Counted from the stretch's first letter, positions 24,771 through 35,340 are shown. The stretch is DNA of 64,000 nucleotides from Candidatus Cloacimonadales bacterium (GCA_963662275.1 OY759316.1:3104001-3168000), one strand, 5' to 3'. Notes: a model not told the origin generated them from the sequence alone. Program-made: numbers and translations.

Positions 24771-25551
24771 CAATTACCAGTAGCATTGTCAATTTATTAA
24801 TCGCAAAACTATCATATATTATTTAGAGATTATATGGTTTACGCACATCCTGTTACATAAACTCATTTATCTAATTAACAAAGAGTTACGCCATACAATA
24901 AAGGCATATTATTTTATCAAATTACATAAACTGAATGCCATGTAAGAATCTAAATCGAATTTTTCTATGATTGCGTTTCTTATATTTTGAGGTGCACTTA
25001 TTAGCATAAAGTGCTTCACTAATTTATTTGTGAAGCACAGGTGCTCCACAAACTTATCTACTATCGCATTTTAAAACTTAAGAAAATCAGAGAAACAGAA
25101 GGACTAATTGAGTTGAATTTTTAGCTCTCTGAGCAAGTTGAATGTATTAATATGTCTTACTCCGAACCGATCGCAAATAGAAGGAATCTTTACTTTCCCT
25201 TTTCTTTTATCGTTCTCTTCTGTTACTAATGTAGCATTATAAGCTTTCGCGAAAGCGATGATCCAACTATCAGAAACACGTGCAAATTCATCTTTGGCAA
25301 TGCGCGAATAGTTCTGACTCTCAACAAAAGAGATAATCTCTGCATAATTATAAAGAACAGTTGCATCATCAGTCTTAATAAAGTAAGATTCAAAATGGTT
25401 TTTAACCCAATTCATCAACCAATCAGGTTTATCGTGGTCTTTTGGATCATGTCCTTTGTTTATTTCATCTTGAACCTGAATGCATATTCCGCTCAGAAAA
25501 GCCACCTTGTCCGATTAAGTTGAGCCAGTGCTCCACTATAATTGAGCCATA

Positions 25552-26457
25552 CTATATTGTCTTTTTGAGCCACACTACGTATCTGATCGCCATATAACAT
25601 AATATCTGCAGTGTTTGGCAAGATTCTGTTCCGGCTGCTGCGGAGAGAGGACGTAGTCCGAGCGAAGCAGCAGCCGGAACGTTGCGCCTAATGGGCAATA
25701 GGCTATTTTCTATTGATTTGTTTATTCCCTTGCGTTCTCTCATTGACATCTTCCCATCGATAAATATATGGTGAGAGTTATGAACAAGCCGGTCAAGGAT
25801 GGCATCAGCGAGAGTGGGTTGTCCAATCTTCTCGTGCCATCCTCCGGTTTTGAACTGAGAGCACAAGACCGTAGATGCTTTGGAATACCTCATCTCGACT
25901 ATTTCAAAGAGATCTTTAGCTTCCTGTTCGTTTATCCTGGTTAACAGCCATTCATCAAGTATCAGCAGTTTAGCATTGGCATATCTGTCTATGACTCTTT
26001 GATGCCCGCCTTCACAACGGCTAACAGCGAGGTCATCCAACAGTTCAGGCAGGCGGACGTATTTTACAGTGAAGTATTTCTTGCAGGCAGCTATGCCAAA
26101 TGCGCAAGCCAGCCATGTTTTACCGCTTCCCGATGCTCCGGTGATGATGATATTCTCATTCTCTCCAATAAAAGAACATGACGCCAATTCAACGATTGCA
26201 CTACGATCAAGTTTCCTGTCTTCATGGTAGTCAATATCTGCTATACTCGCATTACTGAACTTGAAGCCGGCACCGTGAATCAGACGTTTAAGCCTATTAT
26301 TCTTGCGCTTATCCCATTCTATATCAACCAGCATGCCAAAGCGCTCGTCAAAGCTGTAGTTTTCCAGTGATTTATCGTTAACCTGATTTCGGTAGGCATC
26401 TGCCATGCCATTTAACAGCATCTCTCGAAGTTTAATGATAGTAGTATTATTAGTCAT
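25552..26457 (-). CDS. istB: IS21 helper ATPase IstB
   Basis: GASGSGKTWLA Walker A, LLILDEW Walker B, ADAILDRLVHNSH. Confidence 0.95.
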   Translation of the reverse strand: MTNNTTIIKLREMLLNGMADAYRNQVNDKSLENYSFDERFGMLVDIEWDKRKNNRLKRLIHGAGFKFSNASIADIDYHEDRKLDRSAIVELASCSFIGENENIIITGASGSGKTWLACAFGIAACKKYFTVKYVRLPELLDDLAVSRCEGGHQRVIDRYANAKLLILDEWLLTRINEQEAKDLFEIVEMRYSKASTVLCSQFKTGGWHEKIGQPTLADAILDRLVHNSHHIFIDGKMSMRERKGINKSIENSLLPIRRNVPAAASLGLRPLSAAAGTESCQTLQILCYMAIRYVVWLKKTI

Positions 26458-28002
26458 TTTCGTTTCTCCCGTAGTAACCTGATTCCCGGCTGATGGCATA
26501 CTCTGAGCTTTGCACCGCTTCAGCATCATTATCGGTGCTTCTCTTCTGTTCATTTGAGTTTAGAATAGTCTTGATGATTCTGTAACTCGGATTTGGCGTA
26601 TAGCTTAATGCTCGTTGACAGGCACTTTCCAAATTTTGACAGCCATACTTTTTTGAAGCGCTTAGCACAGCCATGCAAGTGCGATAACCTTGCTGTTCAA
26701 CCCTGCATGATCCCAGGATTGACTTGATTACCAACTCAGTGCTTGTTCCAATAGTACAAGCCCAGTCAACAAAACTTTCTGCATCCCATTTACGGTATTC
26801 CTGATGATCCCTGGGCATATGCTCGGCATTGGTCTGATATCGCTCAGAGTTTCCCTCCAAGCCCCTGGGGGAGGCTATTCTGACTGAATTGTAAAAGACC
26901 TCCACCACCCTGGCGGTTAGGCGAATATCCACTTTGTGGTGGATATATTCATAAGGCACTGAATAATACTTCTTATCAACCATAATGTGATAGTTGTAAC
27001 CAACCGTTGCTGTAGCCCATGTAGCCAGTTCATAAGCCGCCTCCGGCAAGGGAAGCAGCTGCTCTCGTTCTTCTTGCCAAAATACGCTTTCACGGGAGCC
27101 ATCTTTGACCTGGAAAGGCTGAAAGGCTTACTGTTAAATTCAGCCAACTTTTCCCTGATTGCCTTATTGAGTTCTCTAAGCGAGAAGAAACTCCTGTTGC
27201 GAAGAGCAGCCAGAATCCAGGTCGAGATAATACCTACTGTCCCTTCAGCACTTGCCTTATCCTTGGGATGCCTGACCCTGGCAGGGATGACCACTGTATT
27301 GTAGTAATTAGCCAGTTCATTATATGTCCTGTTGATTACACTGCCTCCACTGGATACCCGCTCCACACCAGTCTTGAGGTTGTCAGGTACCAGTATTTTT
27401 GCCACTCCGCTCATATATTGAAAACAGTTTACATGAGCCTGAATCCAGTTACACAGACTCATATTGGGAAGTGCTTCAACATAAGCATAGCCACTATAGG
27501 GCAAAACAGCGACAAAGACTGGAACTTTAAGCTGTGCCCCGGTAAGATTGTTTGTCAAATACGCAGATTGACCTGCCCAATCAACCTCAAGCTTCTCACC
27601 CGGCTTGTGATGAATGCGCATGGTTGCCTTGGTTTGATGAGCATATTCCGTGTAAAGCTCGCAGAATCGACTGTATTGATAGGGTATCGTCTGATTCTGA
27701 CGGCATAACTCCGAATATTCATGCCATAACAACGACAAGGTTACACCGCTTTTACCCAATTCCTTGTGAATATGCTCAAAATCAGGCATCCTGCGACAAC
27801 CTTCGATATTTACAATGGGAAATAGCATCTTCCCCAATTCCCTGTCACTAATTGTATCAGAAATTGGCCAGAAAACAGCTTGTTGGGCTGCTGCCCTCAG
27901 CACCTTGGATACGGTATTGCGGGAGCACGGCAGGCTTTGAGCAATATTCCTTTCACTAATTCCTTGCGCCTGTAAACGCAAGATTTCTCGATAATTGGTC
28001 AT
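26450..28002 (-). pseudogene. istA: IS21 transposase IstA, frameshifted
   Basis: N-terminal HTH, EVDWAG, VPDNLKTGV, PKDKASAEG. Split into two ORFs by the tandem duplication GAAAGGCT at 27113-27128. Confidence 0.9.
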
Positions 28003-28313
28003 TTTGTGACCTCCATTGTGTTATTTGCGCTCTTCAGCGCATTGCCACATGGTTAATCACACTCTGATTTATGCAAGGTGGCTCAAAGTAGAATATTCCC
28101 TGGCTCAATTATAGTGGAGCACTGGCTCAACTTGGGAATACTCATGGCTCAAATTCATAATATTATTCACCTGAACAATGCTTACAACCTTATTTTCCTG
28201 AGCATGACTCAAAATCTTACTCCAAAATCCTGGTGCTATATCATGAGCATAATACCGCTGATGGGCAGTCATGAGAACATTAGAATCCATTACGTAATAT
28301 GCTTGGTCAGACA

Positions 28314-29462
28314 TCAATTTGACTCATGAACTTTATCTGCAAAAGAGTTAAAAGATGCACCGTAGAGTCCTGTTAAACGATAGGCATCAATATATTGCAG
28401 ATCACCTACATGTACAGCATCCACAACAGCTTTCATAAAACGTACCCCAACTTTAAGCCCTTGATTGAGATAGAAATCTCCCCCACTCGCCTTATGTTCT
28501 TTTGTATGTGGTAAATTGGTAATATGGCTTTCATAGAATTGAAAGAATTCACTCTTTGTGATAAACCCGCAATCCAATAGTCTTCTTGCCACTACAATTT
28601 CACTTACCTTGTATTTCCTGGCGATATTCTCATACATATCATCATTATGATCAATCACGTTCCAAAAAGCTCTAAGACTCTCACTGGAAATTAGTAACTC
28701 AGCAGCTACCTGGTTACACAACTTTTCTGTTTCATTCTCAGCAGGAAGCAATTGTCTTAAATCAAAGGCTGCACTACTGCCAAACCAAACATGTGCCAAT
28801 TCATGCGCAATCGTGAACATCTGTGCTGCTTTGCTATCAGCATTATTGATAAAGATAAGTGGAGCATAATCATCAACCAGGACAAAGCCTCTGAATTCTT
28901 CAACATTCAAGGCTCTATGTGTATTATTCCCCACTACTCCATTCGCTACAACCAATATCCCTGCATTTTCAACAGCTCTTCTGAAATATCTCAAAGCGTC
29001 TATCCAGGTTTGGAACTCATCAGCCCAATCATCTGTCAAATGCAATACTTGTTTAATCCTACCTGCTATGATAGCTGGATTATCACCTTGCTTTGCAGAA
29101 CCAACGAAAGCTAATTTCTCAGCTTCATTCTCATACAAATATTCGTGCAGCCAAGCCTGTCTTCTTTGCATATCATAGACAGTATCAACTAATTCAGGAC
29201 TTGGCTTATAGGGCTTCTCATCTTTTATCGTGCGATAAAGATGAATGGGAGATTCTATTTGGGGTATTTGCTTCAGAAATAAATAACCAAAAGGGATATG
29301 AATGGTTTTAGCCAAATCCTCCAACTGAATATAGGTCGGTTCCTTTTCACCGGACAACCAATCCTGTATCAAAGGAAATTTAGACGACAGTTCCGTTGGT
29401 GTAAAATCATATCGATCCATACCCCATTTCAAAACATCTGTGTTGAAACTTACTTTCGCCAT
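28314..29462 (-). CDS. XRE HTH + ImmA/IrrE-family zinc metallopeptidase
   Basis: N-terminal HTH (W.SGEKEPT..QL..LAK), FTIAHELAHVW (HEXXH), EKLCNQVAAELL. Stop overlaps the PIN gene start. Confidence 0.92.
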   Translation of the reverse strand: MAKVSFNTDVLKWGMDRYDFTPTELSSKFPLIQDWLSGEKEPTYIQLEDLAKTIHIPFGYLFLKQIPQIESPIHLYRTIKDEKPYKPSPELVDTVYDMQRRQAWLHEYLYENEAEKLAFVGSAKQGDNPAIIAGRIKQVLHLTDDWADEFQTWIDALRYFRRAVENAGILVVANGVVGNNTHRALNVEEFRGFVLVDDYAPLIFINNADSKAAQMFTIAHELAHVWFGSSAAFDLRQLLPAENETEKLCNQVAAELLISSESLRAFWNVIDHNDDMYENIARKYKVSEIVVARRLLDCGFITKSEFFQFYESHITNLPHTKEHKASGGDFYLNQGLKVGVRFMKAVVDAVHVGDLQYIDAYRLTGLYGASFNSFADKVHESN

Positions 29463-29781
29463 TTATTCCTCTTAGCTGTTATTGCTATTTCTGCTTTAAC
29501 TCATATTATGTAAAAAAATACTCAGCCTACTTCTCTTGTCAATTTCCATTTTGTGAAGATGTTCTATACATTATCAATTACCCGACTACTATCATACATT
29601 CTCATCTATCGGAGATGTCCCGAAACTAGCATGATTTTATTTTCTTCTGTTGTAAAATATGTGATTGTTTTTACAGGCAAACTAAATTACTCAATAGTTT
29701 CCGAAAAGCGATGCAAAGACAAGGAAAAACGGAGTAATATTTACCTAATTCATGTTTGAATTCTGGTAGGAAGAGTCTTCA

Positions 29782-31386
29782 TCAGGCTTTTCCTTCAGTA
29801 TTTTGTAAGTGCAGAAACATTTTCCCTATATTATGTCCTAAAAAGAGGAGGGATAACTGTTCCTTGCATTTTCTCAATGAACGGACAGTAAATCTCTCAA
29901 ACTTCCTGTTCCACTTCATGAAAGCAAATACAGCCTCCGGTTCGATGCCTCTTTGCTTTCTCAGCTTGTCGCCTTTTTCAGAAAGCAGATTATTGACGGT
30001 CTGACGTTTTAGTGGAGCTATATGAGGATCGTAGGTCAGTGATTTATGTGTTTTATCCTTGTAGGGAATACACTTTTTATTGTGAGGACATTCTCTGCAG
30101 TCATTACATATATAGGTTTTCACGATTCGTTTCGGACCGTTCTTCTCTGTCTCTTCTTCCTTGATTTTGACCAGTCTCCGATTAAATTGACAGACCCACT
30201 CATCATGCTCCTCATCATAGCTGAAGCCTGTCAGAAGAGAGTCCCGATAATCTCTCTTATAATCCTGGGTCTTGAGATAGCTTGTTATCTCTTTTTCAGC
30301 AGCATAATTCAAATTCAGCGCAGTGCCATAGGCAGCATCTCCAACAACGTCGGTAGGATATTGTCCCAATTCATCATGCATTTGCTCCATGAGATTGGGA
30401 AATTCAACGGTTTCTTTAGGGATATTGAATAAGTGAATGCCTGTGACAAATTGCTCTGAAGTTCCGATACTGGCAACATAACCCGGTGCCAGCTGTCCAT
30501 TTTTCAATCGCATAAATGTGGCATCATTATCAGTCTTGGATGTGCTGCTGCGTCCTTCTCCAATTATCTCAAGCTGTTGCTCATATTTCTCCAGCTTAGT
30601 TATATCATTGCTCTTTGATTTGGAGATTTCGCGCAAAAGAGATTTGATTTTCTTGATAGCCCGAGTATCTGACGGATGATTTTTCTGTAGTCGGGACATT
30701 GCTTCTTTCAGCTTGTTTTCTGCTGAGACCAGTCTATCTCTGATCTGTTCAGATGCGACTGTAGCAGTTTTCTCTGATTCAACCGCATGCAATTGCTCAC
30801 CAAGCTCAAGAAGATCAGCGGTTCCATATTGCTGTTGCTCTTCCTGATTATATTCCTCGATCTTTTTAAACAATCCCTCAACTCGTGTCTTGACCAGTTC
30901 CTGATAACGAAGCGCATTGCTTTTCCAGATGTAGGAATTCTTGCCGGCATTTGCGTGAATCGTCGTCCCGTCAACAAAACAGGTGTCGAGATCAAGATAT
31001 CCTAATGATGATGCTTTCAGTACTACCTGATAAAATACATCAATAAGAATATCAGAACACTTAGTCCAGGCAAAGGTGTTGATCGTTCTGAAATCAGGTT
31101 CCTGTTCTCCTGCCAGCCAGATAAAATTGATGTTCTCCCGAACAGCCTTAGCTATCTTCCGACAGGTATAAATACCATTGATATAGGCATACACAATGAT
31201 CTTCAACATCATCTTGGGATGATAAGCAGGTGTACCTTCATCAGAGTATCTTGAGTATAGCTCAGTTAAGTCCAGTTGCTCAATGATATCGTTAACATAA
31301 CGAACCATATGTTTGGGGGGTATTTTTTCGCTTATATTAAGCCCGAAAAGAGTACCCTGATCAAGGTTGTGTTCTCTGAAATTCAT
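29782..31386 (-). CDS. IS1182-family transposase
   Basis: AYHPKMMLKIIVYAY (DUF772), PDFRTI, FVDGTTIHANA, SKTDNDATFMR, GDAAYG, IEPEAVFAFMK. Confidence 0.93.
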   Translation of the reverse strand: MNFREHNLDQGTLFGLNISEKIPPKHMVRYVNDIIEQLDLTELYSRYSDEGTPAYHPKMMLKIIVYAYINGIYTCRKIAKAVRENINFIWLAGEQEPDFRTINTFAWTKCSDILIDVFYQVVLKASSLGYLDLDTCFVDGTTIHANAGKNSYIWKSNALRYQELVKTRVEGLFKKIEEYNQEEQQQYGTADLLELGEQLHAVESEKTATVASEQIRDRLVSAENKLKEAMSRLQKNHPSDTRAIKKIKSLLREISKSKSNDITKLEKYEQQLEIIGEGRSSTSKTDNDATFMRLKNGQLAPGYVASIGTSEQFVTGIHLFNIPKETVEFPNLMEQMHDELGQYPTDVVGDAAYGTALNLNYAAEKEITSYLKTQDYKRDYRDSLLTGFSYDEEHDEWVCQFNRRLVKIKEEETEKNGPKRIVKTYICNDCRECPHNKKCIPYKDKTHKSLTYDPHIAPLKRQTVNNLLSEKGDKLRKQRGIEPEAVFAFMKWNRKFERFTVRSLRKCKEQLSLLFLGHNIGKMFLHLQNTEGKA

Positions 31387-31460
31387 AGTGTCTCTCTATA
31401 CTTAGTTTTTAAAGGCAATAATACACCATAGAACAATATGTCAAGATATATAACTAATTA

Positions 31461-33106
31461 CTCACATCCCCCCGTTTTTCAAACCAGGTATTTTTAGCTG
31501 CTGATTATCCAGCCATTTTCCTGCAAAAGGATTGAGCCTGTACCTTGTCACGGTGGCAAAACACATCTCTATCAGCATTGACAGACGATAATACACAAAG
31601 TCATATATCTGCTTCCACTGTTTATTTGAGTATTTCATAAGATTTGGGAAGGCATCTAAAAATACGCCAGCATACTTTTTCAGAGAATACAGGTAGCACA
31701 TAGCTAGCAGAAGCAGCTGGTTCATGTTTTTCAGACGGGTATATGATTTCAGTTGTATCTTTTCCCAACCATATTCCTGCTTGATATGGCGATGGACCTC
31801 TTCGATTTTCCAGCGTATGCGATACATCCGCAAAACCTTCTCCATGATAGCATTTTCCGTCAGATAAGGTTGTGTCGGAAAGTCGCAGATGAAATAGAAA
31901 TATCCCTGTCTGCCACTAGCATCGGGACTGAACTGTGCAACAATAAGCCAGGCATCTGTAGTATCAGGGTATTTTACAGGGTAAGGATTCAAACGCAGCT
32001 TCACCCGCGTTAAACCACATTTTATCTGTTGTCCTGATTCTTGCAGATTGAATGTATGATCGAGTTTCACTGTCTTTGCCACTGCCATGAAGTTCTGTTC
32101 GCAGCCATCCATGATAAGACTTCTTTCACCTGTTGATCTGATGATATAGCTTAGTCCATGTTCATGCAGAAAGCTGAATAGATTTCGGTTGTCAAAGCCA
32201 CGGTCGAAAATAGTTACTCCACGGTTACCACTTGCAAGAATAATCCCCACTAGCCGGTCTTCCATGATCTGAGAGACGCTATCCAGTTCCATGTTTCGGG
32301 CTATCAGGTCTGAACTGATGGGTTTTATCTCATAGCCTGTACTGCCTGCCTGATAGGCAATTATATTCAGCAATGCATAGCCCTGCTGATCATGACTGCC
32401 GGTGCTGCCATCACGCACCTTCTGCAATCCCTCCATCTTTTTGGCTTTGGTTTTTACGATATCACTTTCATCAACTATGATGCCTGTCTCATCATCAAAA
32501 CCCTGGCACTGATGCCTAATTATTTCCGCTTGCAGCTTATCTCCTAAGGGCTTCTTATTCAAATGTCGGGTGAAACGTTCGCAGAGCTTTTTAACCGTGA
32601 TTGGTTCATTTAGCTGTTTCGCTATTTGGAGCATAATTACAGATTTACTTTTCAGTATCCCTAAGCAGATATCCTGTATGAACTTATACACAGGTAGAGA
32701 TTGCGTTTCTCTAAAATTATTCAGAAATTGTAACAATTTTACTTGCAAGGTTTCTCTGGTTTTGATTTGCTTCTTATTAATCATGGGTGTCTCCTTCTTA
32801 GGTTTGGTTTAGTGCTTGAACAAAAGATCGGAGACACTTTTTTTGTACAGTTTTATTATGGACATTCTATATAGTTATCTTATTTTCTCACATAATTTTA
32901 TAAGTTTTATTAAAATACCTGCTTTTTGCTTTTACCGTGAAAACACAACTCTTCTGTTTACCGTAAATTACAAATTGCACTAGTTTCTGTTTAGGAGTTT
33001 TGACCAACCAGTGATGTTAAACAGATTTTCAAAGTCGGCAAAACGTTTGACTGTTACTATAAACGCTTCTAAACTAATTGTTAAGAAAATTACGGGGGGA
33101 TGCCTG
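31461..33106 (-). mobile_element. IS4-like (DDE) insertion sequence, copy 1, 1646 bp
   Basis: Imperfect inverted repeats CTCACATCCCCCCGT / ACGGGGGGATGCCTG; 13-bp target duplication ATATAACTAATTA; matches 48639-50284. Confidence 0.93.
31462..32784 (-). CDS. IS4-like DDE transposase
   Basis: IIVDESD, IFDRGFD, YRIRWKIEEVHRHIKQ. The stop codon lies within the terminal inverted repeat. Confidence 0.92.
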   Translation of the reverse strand: MINKKQIKTRETLQVKLLQFLNNFRETQSLPVYKFIQDICLGILKSKSVIMLQIAKQLNEPITVKKLCERFTRHLNKKPLGDKLQAEIIRHQCQGFDDETGIIVDESDIVKTKAKKMEGLQKVRDGSTGSHDQQGYALLNIIAYQAGSTGYEIKPISSDLIARNMELDSVSQIMEDRLVGIILASGNRGVTIFDRGFDNRNLFSFLHEHGLSYIIRSTGERSLIMDGCEQNFMAVAKTVKLDHTFNLQESGQQIKCGLTRVKLRLNPYPVKYPDTTDAWLIVAQFSPDASGRQGYFYFICDFPTQPYLTENAIMEKVLRMYRIRWKIEEVHRHIKQEYGWEKIQLKSYTRLKNMNQLLLLAMCYLYSLKKYAGVFLDAFPNLMKYSNKQWKQIYDFVYYRLSMLIEMCFATVTRYRLNPFAGKWLDNQQLKIPGLKNGGM

Positions 33107-33170
33107 ATATAACTAATTATTTAATAGTTGCTATTTTTCTATCATTTAGTTTCGGGACATCTCCGACACA

Positions 33171-33626
33171 TTACTCTTTGAACAAATACTTCTCGTCAAA
33201 CGGTATTTCATATTTCTTGAGGAATGCTCTGAACTCTTCCTTGAAACTATGTTGCCTGTGATGCTCTTCCTGGTTCTTGATATATTCTATCACCATCGCC
33301 ATGTTACTCTGTGACACTGAGAATGCCCCATAGCCTTCTTGCCATTCAAATCGACAGGGATAGTATCCGGTTTCATTCAGATGTTTAGATGTACTAGCCT
33401 TTACTATCTTGGCAAATTCTGAAACACTTACATTCGGTTTTAGTGATACTAGTAAATGCATGTGTCCTTGCACTGCTTCAATCGCATGTACAAAACATTT
33501 TAGGCTACGTGCAATACCAACCATATAGGAAAGGATATCACCCTTATGCTTGGTATTGAAATAATCTGATCTTTCTTTCGCAACAAATACATAATGCATA
33601 TTGACCTGGGTATAACTATTCGCCAT
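33171..33626 (-). CDS. tnpA: IS200/IS605-type Y1 transposase TnpA (REP-associated-like)
   Basis: HUH motif GHMHLL, WQEGYGAFSVS, YIKNQEEHH. Confidence 0.92.
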   Translation of the reverse strand: MANSYTQVNMHYVFVAKERSDYFNTKHKGDILSYMVGIARSLKCFVHAIEAVQGHMHLLVSLKPNVSVSEFAKIVKASTSKHLNETGYYPCRFEWQEGYGAFSVSQSNMAMVIEYIKNQEEHHRQHSFKEEFRAFLKKYEIPFDEKYLFKE

Positions 33627-33639
33627 TTTAACCTCCGAT

Positions 33640-34000
33640 AATCTGCCGTCTGTACCGGACTGGGTGGTCACTTTGGGATCACGTATCGCCGGATTGAAAT
33701 CCGAGCGTTATTATCTATCGTCCGTACCGGACTGACTCACATATACTCGATACCATCTATCCCGTACTGCATCTATTCTGATTCCCGTAGGGAAGATACA
33801 TATTAACACTGGATTTTAATCCGGTGAAAGTACAAGCCACAAATCCAATTCCCGTAGGGAAGATACATATTAACACTGGATTTTAATCCGGTGAAAGAAC
33901 AAGCACAAATCTAATTCCCGTAGGGAAGATACATACTAACACTGGATTTTAATCCGGTGATGGTCAACAAAAACGAGTCTAAGTCCCAGCGGGACGACAC
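33640..34000. repeat. REP-like cluster including 3 tandem ~66-bp units
   Basis: ATTCCCGTAGGGAAGATACATATTAACACTGGATTTTAATCCGGTGA at 33781, 33848 and 33914, with related palindromes (GTCCGTACCGGACT, AGTCCCAGCGGGACGAC). Confidence 0.85.
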
Positions 34001-34002
34001 AT

Positions 34003-35340
34003 TCACTCCCCCACCTCCACCTTCCCCGTAACCACTGCTGTAATCAAAGCAGTTCTATATTCCTGCAAAAGACTGATTGATTGGTTTACTTTATCTACTA
34101 GCTTATCAATTTTATGTGTTTCTCGACCAAGATAGTTCGAGATTAGTACCTGTTCGTTTATTGGTGGTATAGCTAAATGAATATTCTCAATTACATTCAT
34201 ACCTATATTCTGTTGTGTACCAAAACTCCAACTTAATTCAATCGCTTCAAAAAAGTTACGTGATTTCATAAAGAAAAATACAAACTTAGTGATAGCTTTA
34301 TGCTTATCAGGTCTTATTACAGCTAATGGAGACCAAATATTGAATTCTTCATCTATTTCAACACAAGCGACATTGCCTGTTGTTGCACCAGATTTAATCA
34401 TAAAGATGTCACCTCTATTAGGTACATACTTTTGTGAATACCGTTTATGGTCTTCAATTGAAATACAGCCTCTTTTTTTATTAAAGTCTATTTTATCCTC
34501 TTTGATAGCTTCTGCTGAAATGAATGGAACTCCTTCTGTCAAGAATTCAGGTGTTTCATGCGGACCATCCGTTACTGGGATGCTCGTAATATGTTTGATT
34601 GCTTTCACACCCCACCCTTCCGGCACATCCCCAATCCATTCAATTCCACTGGGCTTCATTTTAGCATGGGGATCAAGACCTTTGGTGACAGCATGGGTAA
34701 TCAGAGCAGTGCGCTTTTCCTTTAAAAGTTCAATTTGTTGTTGCTTTTTAGTAATAAGAGTTTTAATTCTTGAGGACTCATGATTAAGGTAAGTTGAAAT
34801 TGATTGTTGAACTCGTTTTGAAGGTAATGCTATTATCCAATTCCTTGCAAAATCATCTGGGACTCGTTTCTGCCCACCAGCCCCGTACATGTAGCTTTCC
34901 CCAATTTTCTTGAATGGATAATTAGAAACCATATAGTACAGAAAATGTCTATCTATCATATTATTAGGACGTAATACATGAAGTTCTGTCGTTCCAAAAC
35001 CAATACAATTTTCCAAGTCTTCAATAACTGCTGCTTTCCCATTTTCAAAGCATGGAGTTATCTTAGCAAAGACCACATCACCATCAGTTAAATATGTATA
35101 TCCTTTAGAGATTTCTGCATATTCTTTAATAGAATCAAGATTTAGTTCTCCAGATTCACTTATGCTTTCCATCGGTAAAAATGAAACGGGAAGCGTAGGG
35201 TCGACAAATCCTAATTCTGATTTTGATGGGTTGACTTTACATAAGAATCTTAACCTTTTTATTTCCCATCCCTCTGGAATCTCTCCAATCCATTCTACAC
35301 CACTTGGTTTGTATTTTGGATATGGTTTCAAACGGCTCAT
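34003..35340 (-). CDS. hsdS: Type I R-M specificity subunit
   Basis: Two TRDs with conserved YKPSGVEWIGEIP / MKPSGIEWIGDVP and ALITHAVTKGL repeats. Confidence 0.95.
   Translation of the reverse strand: MSRLKPYPKYKPSGVEWIGEIPEGWEIKRLRFLCKVNPSKSELGFVDPTLPVSFLPMESISESGELNLDSIKEYAEISKGYTYLTDGDVVFAKITPCFENGKAAVIEDLENCIGFGTTELHVLRPNNMIDRHFLYYMVSNYPFKKIGESYMYGAGGQKRVPDDFARNWIIALPSKRVQQSISTYLNHESSRIKTLITKKQQQIELLKEKRTALITHAVTKGLDPHAKMKPSGIEWIGDVPEGWGVKAIKHITSIPVTDGPHETPEFLTEGVPFISAEAIKEDKIDFNKKRGCISIEDHKRYSQKYVPNRGDIFMIKSGATTGNVACVEIDEEFNIWSPLAVIRPDKHKAITKFVFFFMKSRNFFEAIELSWSFGTQQNIGMNVIENIHLAIPPINEQVLISNYLGRETHKIDKLVDKVNQSISLLQEYRTALITAVVTGKVEVGE

Larger units (their letters stand above)
25481..28169 (-). 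mobile_element. IS21-family insertion sequence
   Basis: TG...CA ends, inverted subterminal motif TGAGCCAGTGCTCCACTATAATTGAGCCA at both ends, 6-bp target duplication CCTGAA (25475-25480 and 28170-28175), istA-istB. Confidence 0.93.
25104..28317 (-). pseudogene. DUF4411-like PIN-domain gene split by IS21 (5' part 28170-28317, 3' part 25104-25480)
   Basis: Removing the IS and one CCTGAA copy joins YVMDSNVLMTAHQRYY...PGFW...VVSIVQV to QDEINKG...SDSWIIAFAK...VTEE...KIPSIC in frame. Confidence 0.85.
29609..33166 (-). mobile_element. IS1182-family element carrying a nested IS4-like element
   Basis: 20-bp inverted repeats TCGGAGATGTCCCGAAACTA / TAGTTTCGGGACATCTCCGA. Confidence 0.85.

Noticed and set aside
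26917..27130. Programmed frameshift in istA
   Set aside because: An exact 8-bp duplication explains the frame break; no slippery site is needed
33781..33960. Three 47-bp repeats as a mini CRISPR array
   Set aside because: The intervening ~20-nt segments resemble each other and the units match the REP-like palindromes beside tnpA
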